Shown one piece after another: positions 13,001 through 23,146 of a stretch of 64,000 nt of DNA (its first letter is position 1; every line of letters begins with the position of its first letter). The stretch spans positions 1,116,001 through 1,180,000 of the forward strand of contig JAYWIR010000047.1 in the NCBI GenBank assembly GCA_036172245.1. Direction: 5' to 3'. The stretch is from Raillietiella orientalis (Eukaryota). A program made the position numbers and the translations under genes. The notes below the pieces were generated by a model, which was not told where the DNA came from, searched no databases, and saw nothing but the letters and a program-made list of their open reading frames with translations.

Positions 13001-16000
13001 GTGTTCTTTGATGAGCAGAAAGAATATCGCATCGCAGTTTCCAGCACTTGCAAAAAAGTGGGTTTTCCTTTTTTCCTTCTTCGAACCGTGGAAGTCACAA
13101 CTCCATCCGAGGCACCAAATTAAGGTGAAAAATTATTTTACAAACAGCCAGGTCGCTCGCCATTTTCCTCGCCCCCCCCCCCCCCCAGAAACAATGCAGC
13201 CATTCGCCGTTCCGGTGCGTGTAATTGTATCAATTATTGATCGAGCGCATGCATCGCGAGCACTACTTGACGACGCGCGTTGCGAGGATGCTCGATTGTT
13301 GGATCGCTGCTATTTTTAAGCCGATCGCTCGCCTGTCGGGCGAGGAGCGGAAGATCCGCCGGTGAGTCCGTCGAGCGTAGCGGAGGCGGGAAGATGGCCC
13401 GGGAGGGACGTGTCAGCAGCAGAGGTAGTGCCCTTCGAAGAGAGAGAGTACGCCGGCGGCACCTCTTGAGCAGGGGGTAGAAGGAAGAGGAGGCCTTTTG
13501 GGAGGGCTCGCTCCGGCTCGCGTGACGACGACGATCAGGGAGAGAGGGGGGACGGGGAGAAACAGGGTCAGCGCGGCGGTTCGCTCTGGACCGCGGGAGG
13601 AGTGGCGGGAAGCGGCTGCGCGTTTTCGAAGGAGATCTTCGCTTTTGAACGTCCTCTGCCGAAGCGCGCTCAACCGATTCCGCAGGCGGGCGGACAGCAG
13701 AGCGACTGCCGGTCGGGATCATCCGGGCTCCGCGCGACTCGCCCCGAGGGAGGTCGCGGGATTTCGACGCTCTTCGGAGGCTCGCGGATCGGCTGTCCTT
13801 CCTCACTCTCTCTCGGGGTGGAAGCCCACTTTTTTTTTTTTCTGCTCTTTTTTCCCTGCAATGAGCGGAAAATGCGGCATGAGGTGGGGCGGTGAGCGCG
13901 CGTAGTCGGGCAGCGTCGCGGTGCTGATCATCTCCCCCGCTTTGCGCCGTTCCCACGCAGGTTCCCGGACGGGAATGCGTGGGATCTTCGTGAGGAGGCA
14001 CCGAGAGCACCGAACGTGCTTGCTCGTTGCCCGGGCTCCGGACAGCTGGAAACCCAGCGCTGCTGCGAATCCGAGCTCGGTCGCTGCCCACTTGCGCCCG
14101 GGAATGGGGTTGGGGGTGGGGAGCCCTCAGCCGTTCACCCGCACGTGTTGGCGCCGAAACGAGTCGCCCCGTTCACGGTCCTCGAGGGAATCTTCGTCTG
14201 ACACTACTTCCTGAGGCCTGCTGTTCCACAGGGAGCTGCTCCTTCCTTTTTGTCAGGGACGGGACGACCCGCCGGGCAGGAGGCCTCGTGACGTCAGACA
14301 GCGTCAGCGGCGACTCCCGCTGCGTTCTTGACGCGCCGCGGCGGCGCTGCCCGGCTGGGAGTGGGCGAAGGCCTCTTCTGCCCCTTCGTCGGAGCGGTGG
14401 CGCGCGTGCGAGCTCTTTCCGGGAACTCCTTTTTTTCTGCTGCTTCCGCTCGCGGACCTCCCCCCCCTCCCCTTCTTACTCTCTTTCTCGCCGTGCCCAC
14501 GTGCGCGGAGCATCAACCGCAAGCGGTGCTGCCCTCTGAGAGGACATCGCGAAGGGACCGGCGCAGCTCGTTCTCCTTCCTCCAGTGCCCTGTTTTTCCT
14601 CCGATCCGGCGAGGAGGCTGCACCGCGGGCTGAGCCCACTCTAAGGAAAGTCGCCTCCCCCCTTCCCCCAAATCAACCTCACATAGAGAGGACGCGTGAC
14701 TTCCAGGAGACCGAGTTCCCACCTTGCCATCGTCTGGCGTCTCTGGGCGCCCTTCCGAGCCTTCGAGCGTCCGAGGTCGCAGACAGGGCGAGAGATGGCG
14801 ACCAAGGGGCAGGAGGCAGGGCGGCGGTGGGGATATCCAGTTGCGAAGGCACGTCCACCGCTGCCGATCGCCGCAAGCAGAGTCTGCCGAGTGGCAGTCG
14901 CCATCCGACCCAAAAGGGCGCGGCCTCGGCGCTCCGAGGACGGGCGTCCTTGGCGTCGTGCTGCCCTTCAATGCTTCCGCCGCCTCCGGTTCTGGCCTGC
15001 GCGCCAACGCGGGAGGGTCGCCGGCTGCTTGGTCCGTGAGGAGTGACGTCCAGACCGGAGTCGCCCCGGATCGCCCCCTAGGCGCAGTGCGCTCACCCTC
15101 TCCTCCTCCTCTCCGCCTCAGGGTTTCCCTCGGAGTGGAGTCGGGAGGCCCCCTGGAGTTTCGCGTATTGCCGCCCTTCTCAACTGCTCTCCTGGCAAAG
15201 GTAGGTCGAAGGGATCTCTCGGGAGAACGGGCGAAGGGAGAGCAGCGGGTCAGAGACTCCTCCCCCTGACCCACCTCTCCTGCCTCTATCCCTCCGCGTA
15301 TTTCTCTCCCTCCCCCCGGTCGGAAAGCAAGGGAGTTCCCTAGCAGTTGGCGGGTGCTGTGAAGGGGAAAGGCGGGAAGAGGTTACGTGGAGGATCGGAT
15401 TACACTGGAAGCATTTCCGGGACGCCTGCTCCTAGCGATGCCGACTCCTGGATGGGACGGGGCCGGTGCCCCGCCGGTCCAGCGCGCGCGGATCCGGGGA
15501 GCGTTCGATCGGAGGTTGCTGTCTTCCCGCCACAGGCGAGGCTTCCCTGCCTCCAGGAGGGTGAAGATGGGGTCCTGTCCCTTCCTCGTGCTTGAACTGA
15601 CCTGACCCTTCCGTCCCTCCCCCCTTTCTTCTCCGAAAATCCGGAAAGGGTAGGAGCGATCGGTCCCCGGAAGCAGCAACTGGTTGCGCGGCCACGAGGG
15701 AAGGCGCTCCCTAGAAAGGGACAGAAGAGGAGGCGGCATCCCTCGGGCCTCCAGGGCCGACTGGAGGGAGTCCTCTCTATGCGGCCGCGACAAGAACGCC
15801 TCCGGGGAAAGGTCAGCTCGGCTCCCCCCCGTGCGGCGGCACAAGCAGGCGGGAGGGGCCGTCGTGGCTCCACCGGGGGGCAGCGGGGGGGACTCCCCTT
15901 CTGTGCCTGCGGGCGCCCAAAGGACGAAGCCAGGAAGTCCTTCCGGTCTCTTATGGGCTGACCCCCAACTGCCGGCGGCTCCCCTTCGGTGCGCGATGGG

Positions 16001-17599
16001 AGGTAGGGGTGGGGTGGGGTGCCCTCGGTGCGTCCGCCGCCGGCCGATCCATCCCGTGGCGCGCTCCTGGCTCAGACTGAAGCCCTAGAGCCCGCCTTTC
16101 CCCACGCTCCTGGTGATTCCAGAGACCCTTCTCGGGGATCGGAGTAGGGACCAGGCTCCTCCCTCTCGGGGAGAGCGGCGGTGCCTGGGCCTCCCACTTC
16201 TGGTCCATCCAAAGGGGAGACGGCGCGCCTTCTTGGTCCTCTCGGTGCCTGGACCTTGGTGGGGTCAAGACAGGCACCGTCCTCAGGAGCCAGCCGGAGG
16301 GATGTGCGGTGACCTCCTCCTCCACCCCGTCTGCCCCTTTCCTCTCCCTCCTTGGGACGGGACGGGAGGGAGGGGAGGGGGAGAGGCAGCGTCGGGTGGA
16401 AGGGGTGGGGTCGCGGCGAGCGCGCGCTGGGAACGCCGCCAAAAATCCGCGCGGGGGCGCACGCGATTTCCTCATTCCCGCATCTTCCGCTTCCCGGTTA
16501 CCCTCCGCAGGGGAGCATGCTCGCGAATGCGGGACGCGCGCAGCGGGTCGCCTCCGTCTTTTTTTCTTCTGGTCCCGCGGGGCGTGAGGGATGCCACCGG
16601 GGGAGAGGAGGGGGACCTTCGCTCGGCCCGGGGATGCGCGCAGGAGCGTCGCGCAGAGGTTCCCTCCCTCCCTTCTTGGAGAGGTTCCCCATTTCCCTTC
16701 CTCCCTCGCCCCGTCACACGATCGCCCAAGGGACGACGGGGAGACCCCGCCTGCGGCGCTTTCCCAGGTGAGGGCGAGAGCGACTTTAGGCTTCCGAAGG
16801 AGCCCACCGGACTGCTCTCCTGCCGGGAGGAAGGGTGGGTGGGGTGGAGGCACTGATTGGCTCACTGCGTAACCGCTTCTGACTGACTGCTTGCAGTTTG
16901 CGCTCCAAAAAGGCATGGAGGGAGGAGGGGTAGGGGAGGGGGAAGCGAATGGCTGGCCTTCCCCGCTACCGCCGGCGGGGAAGGCTGGTCCGCCGTTCCC
17001 GATCGGGAACCCGGCCAGCTTCTTTCCTTCTCCTTGCCCCCTTCTCGGATGAGGCGAACCTACTGCCATTCCCATGCTCCCTAGAGAGAGTGACTCCCTC
17101 TTCCAAGAGAGGAAGAGGGGGGGGAGAAGCAGGCCGGAAACAGACGAGTCCTCGCCCTCCCTTTCCCGAAGGAGAGGTGTCCTGGGGGAGGAGTCCCCTG
17201 CCCGGAACCCTCGTCATCAGGGCGCGCGCCGTTGCCGGGGCAACGGCGAGACTCCGCCTCGGCTTTCTTGCGGCCACGCGGACACCCCACAACGGATTCG
17301 GGTTCCCCTTGGATTATGGATGCGCGCGGTGGCCTGGCATTCCAGGAGGAAGCGCGCGGGATGATCCGCGGTCCCGGCAGTGCGCCGAGGAAGGGCGCGC
17401 TCGGGAGCCGGTGGGAACGGGGTAAGGGGATGGGGGGGAAGAGGGACATCTCCTTTCCTTCCGCCTAGTCCCTCGGTTGGTGGGAAGGGTAGACCTCCCG
17501 CGGCGGTTGCTCAGCGGCGACAGCAGCGTTCGGTCCCTGTCCTGCCTCCACTCCTCCCTCCTTGTCCCTCCGGGGTCGCTTCCTGTCTTTTCGCCGCCC

Positions 17600-19950
17600 C
17601 AGGCGAAGGAAGCCTCGTCCGACCCCCGCCCCATCCTCAAGACCATCGTATACCGTGGTAAACGCGGATGCCAAGTTGCTAGTGAAGTTATGGGCTGAAC
17701 CTTTGAGACGGGTGGCGGAAAGTCTCATCAACCCGGAGCAGTCTTACGCTGTTCTCGGGCGAAGCATGGATGCCAAACTGTTCTTCGCCAGCACCTAGTT
17801 CGCGCTCCTACATGAAAGGGGCTTAATGAGCAACCGGAATTCCGGTGCGTCTGTCGGCGGGGGACGGGATGGTCGGGAGGGGAGGGGAGCCCTTGCGGTC
17901 GCAGTCGACTTGCATAAAGCAGTCGACGCAGTCGACCAGAGAGGCTTCTTCTGGAGCTCCTGGAACGCTTGGGTTTCCCGGCCTTTTTGATGGCCTATCT
18001 GCGCTCCAGCTGGCGCGATGCGCTCATTAACGTCTCTTTCAGCGGACACCGTGTACGACCTACAGGTGCGACGCGGCATACGGCAGAGCGACAGCCTGAG
18101 TCCCTTGCTCTTCAGCTCCTATTTTGAATTGGTGCTGAGAGCGTACAGGAAGACTTTGGCGCACCTGCCGCGTGATTGTCCCGGTACGCCTGCGGTATCA
18201 GCGTACGCGGACGATCTTCTGCTATGTCCACCCCGGCTTCCGCGGTCGAGGGCTTCTTCGACCTGCTGAGCCGCGGGGCGGGACTGCGGGTGAACCGGGA
18301 GAAGTCGTCTGTGATGCCAGTTGGTGCGGCGTGGGCAGGGCAGCTGGACTGGGTCCGCTTGGGGAACTACTCTCCAGAGGAGGTTTGGTCCAACTGCCTC
18401 CAGAAGGTTGAGACGGCGATCGGCCCGTTCCAAGGTGGCAGGTTTTTCCTGAAGGAACGGACCGCGGTGTGGAACACGTTTGTGACCCCCCTCCTTCGCC
18501 CCTTGCTTTTTGTTTGCCCTCCATCCTGCGGTGTAAAGAGGTGGACAAAGGCCCTCCTGAGGATCGCCCTTTGGGGCAGACTGAGGTCCGAGTCTGCCTG
18601 AAGGACTTGTGCGCTCCGCGTCGGGACGGCGGTCTCGGCCTCCTGACGTTGGAGCGGCTGGAGCTTCAGCTCCAGTTCCGGTTACTCGTCCTAGTGGCGA
18701 AGTTTTGGAGCACCAGCTGGTGCGAGCCTGCACGACACCTGGTCCAGCGAGCCAGAGGCTGCGCGGGACTGCCTACCTTCCTGGCGCGCCGCAAACGCCG
18801 GTACCTGTTCCACTGAGGACTGGCACTTCGGCGAATGGTCAAGCTGACCAGGATGAACACCTGGATCTCCTGGTGGCATGAGAACGGCACTTCCTGGTTG
18901 CAGGAAAGCCTTCGTACATGGGCCCAGAACGAGGAAGCGAGCCCGGAGTTGCGACAGCGACTGCTGCACTCCTTTTACAACAGCCGCTCGCTGCAGGACG
19001 TCATCGTGCAGCCCACCTCGCGTGCATGGGCTAAAAGGACCTCCCTAGCCACGGATCTGCCCTACCTCAGGGAGAATCTGGGCAGTAGTCAGGGATAAAT
19101 GAGAGGTCCAATGTACAATCTCGTCAAGAGAGAGGGAACAAGGTGGTTGGACCACGGGCTAACTGACGCTGAGACCCCAAGTGCCCCACCGAAGGAACTA
19201 TTGCGCTAGGGCGAGCTGCTGAGAATCCTGTTGGAGTACTCGAGTGATCCCCAGTGCTGAAGAATACCCGGGGCCTCCCCCTGAAGTGGCAGGAGTCGGC
19301 GTTTCTGGTGTTGCACTGGGGACTCCCCAGCAACGCCCGCTGATCTCACTGGACGAGGGGGGCTGTGGATCCGAACTGCGTCAGGTGCGGGGTACGGGAA
19401 TCCCTCCCTTCCGTAGACTGTGTTGCCGTCCGGCCCCTGTGGTTGTGTTTTGCAACGGCCCTAGGAGCACCTTCGAAAGCACCGAGAGACGTGTTCAAGA
19501 GCCTCTTTGTGCACAATGCCCTTTCGCCTGCCTCAGCCCTTGCAGCCCTTTGCTGTCCACGTGAGATTGTGGCGGATTGAAGCAACGCCACTGGTGGACA
19601 GCCCGATAGGGACGCCATATGCTTCGCCCTGGGCTTCCTGAGGACGGCAGCAAGCTGGCCCTACTTGGGACATACTCAGATGGAGCTTGGCGGCATCCTG
19701 GAAAGGATATAGAGGACGACCCCAGTGGAACATGATCCCTTCCCCAACCCTCCCTCTTTTTGTAAATAGCGTTTTTCTTTATTTTTTTTTTTGTTTGACC
19801 TCTCCCCCTCCACTGCCGAGTCGAACCTCACCGGCCTGCGTGCCGGTGACTCGGCAAGTTCCGAATTCCTTCGGACATTGTAGGGTCAATGGCCCTACAC
19901 ATGCTTGTTCGTTTATGAAAATAAACACCCCGGCGCACCCGGGTGTCAAA
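17600..19950 (+). mobile_element. L1-clade (Tx1-like) non-LTR retrotransposon, copy A; frameshifted ORF2 from RT to the 3' end
   Basis: Motifs in the expected order across shifting frames: RPSYTVVNADAKLLVKLWAEPLRRVAESLINPEQSYAVLGRS (RT1-2), AVDLHKAVDAV (RT3), RRGIRQSDSLSPLLF (RT4), AYADD at ~18201 (RT5), GLRVNREKS, KDLCAPRRDGGLGLL at ~18600, LPLKWQESAFLVLHWGLP, DPNCVRCGVRESL..DC (zf-RVT). These are followed by a T-rich 3'UTR, hairpins and AATAAA at 19920. Several stops and frameshifts. Confidence 0.93.
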
Positions 19951-20600
19951 GCAACGCCGTCTCCTGCCACTTTAAGGGGAGGGTGCGTGTGTTCATGAGC
20001 GCCGGGGACCACTGCAGTTCTTCCCCCGGATTCCAGTAGCATGTTTCAGCGCAAAAGTCCGCCGTCCTGATGCGGAGCGCACAAGTCCTGCGACCTAAGG
20101 TATTCCCTGTGGCAACCCCAGGGACGCAACTAGAGCCCTCTTCGTTCGCGACGCCCTTCGGCCAGCGGCCTCCCTTCCAACCCTGTGCTGCCTACGCGGG
20201 ATCGTCGCTGCATGGAGCAACGCGACGGGAGGACCTAGTGATAGGGATGCCAGCGAACACGCCGTCTGCTTCCTGAGAATGGCGACGCGATGGCCCCACC
20301 TGGAATCCAATATTCAGGAAGAGCTTGCCGTCATCCTCCATAGGATGTGACGGACCCCAACCAGCAGACTGTGATCCCTTCCTGCGCCCTCCTAAGCTTT
20401 TATTTATTTTCATTTTTTCTTTTTTCTTTTTGTTTATGCCCCCTCCCCTCTGCTGCAGAGGTGGACCGCACCGGCCTGTGAACCAGTGACCCTGCAGACT
20501 TTGAACACCTAGGGCGTGGCTGGACCACTGGTCCAGCCACAGATTCTGTAAAGGTTTTATTCGGAAGAATAAAGGCCTCGGCGTACCAGGATGAGAATCA
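19951..20600 (+). mobile_element. Short copy A2 of the same LINE family with an inverted 5' segment
   Basis: 19951-20088 is antisense and encodes DLCAPHQDGGL fused to LQWSPALMNTRTLPLKWQETAL. From ~20089 it is sense (GNPRDATRALFVRDALRPAA; CLRGIVAAWSNA), then a T-rich UTR, hairpins and AATAAA at 20568. Confidence 0.85.
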
Positions 20601-23146
20601 AGACCGTCGTGCAAGAAGGAGATGGGGGACGGGCAAAGTGGAGGGAGCAGGACCGCCGCGAGGGCAAGTGCAACGACGACTGAGAAATCCCCTTGGGCGA
20701 GCGAGCGGGCGGCGCACATCCAGGTCGTGTGTTCTCGACGGGGTGGGTGGGACCTATGGGGTGCTGGCCGACTGGAGGACGCTCGGTGGGGAGGATTCTT
20801 CCTCCTCCTGGAGGAAGGGGACGGGAGAAACGTTCCTCCTTTCTCCCGGAAGGTCGTGAGCCTGTTTCTCCCTCTCATCGTGGGAGCAGTCGGGGTCCTT
20901 CGGCGCCCGCCTCGGGGGAGCGCGGTTTCCTGGAGGCGACGAGAAGGCGGGCGGGAGCTCGTGGAGATCCCGGTCTGCGGAAGGGCGAGCAGACGACCCG
21001 CCAAGGGGATGGTCGGCACGCACGCCGATGCCGACCCTCCTCTGGGAGGCAGCAGGGGAAGATACCCACGCGCGGTAGAGGCCGCTGCACCTCCGCCGCT
21101 TCGGGACGCCGCCTCTTCCCGCGAGCGGTCCGTCCTCGCTGTGGAGGCGACGGCCCTCCCCAACCGCCCGCCTCCCCCCCTCCCATCATTCTCTCCGTTC
21201 TTCTGGCTGCCTGGCTTTCGCCCGCTTTCCAGACTCCCTCCTTGCTCATTGTTGGGTCTCGCTCGGTTCCTTTCTGGGACCTCTATTTTTAGATCACTCG
21301 TCTCCTCTCTCGCCCATCTTCCGGCCGCACACTTTCCTAGGAGTCTATTTTTAGCCTGCCTGCCATTTTGCGGCGGCGTCCAGCCTGCCTGCTCGAGGAA
21401 GCGCCATGGAGCGCCGCCGACCAGCAAAGGCGGCCGGGATCGGAGGAGACGCAGCGGACGGACGGACGCGGGGGAGGAGTGGGGGGGGGGAAGAAAAATC
21501 GTGCGATCGGCCGAGGGAACGCGCGCGCGCCATCCTGCACGCTTCGCTTCGCTCCAGCTCGCTCAGCACCACCCCGGTTCTCTTCGGGAAAGAAGGAAGG
21601 GAGGGAACGACTTCCGCCGCCCGGTCTTCTGGCTCCACGGACGACCGCCACGAGAATCCCCGGCCTCGTCCCGCCTCCCGTCTCCTCCCTCCCAGCATCC
21701 TTCCTTCTCCCGCGCCATAAATTAGCCAAGGCACGGAGCGCTCTGTCGGGAGGTTCCCAGATAGTAAAAACGGATCCCGATGAATCCCTGCGAGACGCCT
21801 GGAACCGGGAGCGGAGATGGGTATCTGGGATGATTCATAGGACGGCCGATGTATTAAGGATGCTTGCATGATCGGAGTGGGACGCTGATGGCCCGCCTGG
21901 ATTGGGCAGGCCGGCGGGGAGGGAGACGTGAGCGCCGCGGCGGCGGAGCCCACGAGAGAGCCCTTTTTTTGTTGGTGGTGTTTGGAGGGAGAAGGGAGAG
22001 GAAGATGGCGGCCCGGCTGGCTGGGAGGCGCATGGGGATCGTGACGAGTAGACGCGCGAGAAGGGGAGGAGGGGGGGGGCAGGGAGGGACCCAACGCATC
22101 GGGCAGGGTTCCTCCTAGAAACGTGCGCGGCGCGCTCCCGGATCCCAGGTCCGCCTCTCCTCCCGCCACCTCCCGCGCCAGAAGGGAAGAAGGGAGCAAG
22201 GAAACGGTCGAAGTCCCGAAAGAGGGTGGCGGGCGCGCGCGCTCGGGAGGGCAGGAAAAGCAGGGTGGGGGGGCTTCTGCTTCCTCCGGGAACCCTCTCT
22301 CTACTCGTTCCCCGCTCACCCTCCTTCCCTTCCTGGGTCTCGGGCGTTGGCTACTCGGGCGACCCCTCGCTCCCACGAGCCCCTGTCCTCAGGGGAGATG
22401 CCTCGAGGATATGAGAGCTGCGTCTCTCTAGGGGTTCTCATCCACCAGACGACCCCTTCGGTGCGGATGAGGGGAAACGGGGCTCCTCCCCACACCCGCT
22501 CCCTCCTTTTTTTCCCGCGGCTGCCGCCGAATGTGGAAGCGGGGCCAGGGCAAGGCAGGACCGGGCAGGAAGATTGCGCTAGGAGATTTCTCCTGGAGAG
22601 CCGGGAAGCAGCTTCCCCCTCCCCTCCGAGAGATCAGCCGGGAATAGGGCTATGTGGGGGAGTAGGCGTCGTCGTCGCCGCTGCCGCTTTCGGTCGTCTG
22701 CAGGGCGCCAACGAGCAGCGAGGCGCCGTCCCCTTTCCTCGAAGCAGCGTTTCCCGGAGGGCAGGAGACCCCGCTCCCACGAGCGGGAGCGCCCTCGCTT
22801 CCCCACGGGGAAGGGGACCCGTGGACCACCCAATATCCCGGACGCCGCCGGCCCGAGCGCCTTGCTGCCCGCTAAGGTCAGGTCGTCCTGGTCTCCTCCA
22901 CTCGCCCTCTTTGGAGAGCTCGGAGGGAAGGAGGGGCCGGACTGCGCCTGCTTCCTGGAGAACTGCCGCTCCCCACCCCTCCCTCTACATCCTCAGCCCT
23001 GGCTCGTGAGAGAGTGGGGGCAGGGTGCTCCGGAGGCGGTTTCCAAGGAGACCTGCAGAATGAGCGGGGAGGCCCGCTGTTCCTGGGAGGGGCCTCATCG
23101 ACAGGCCCCATCAAGGAGACCTTCCCGAAGAACAGAGGAGGGAAAT

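Noticed and set aside
13880..14160. Further LINE C-terminal remnants (also 15100-15200, 21720-21870, 26830-26960)
   Set aside because: Only single vague motif resemblances; too weak to call without a profile search.
19813..19950. Known self-cleaving ribozyme (hammerhead, HDV, twister) in the LINE 3'UTR
   Set aside because: Lacks the CUGANGA/GAAA core and, by eye, the HDV or twister pseudoknots. Kept only as an unclassified structured element.
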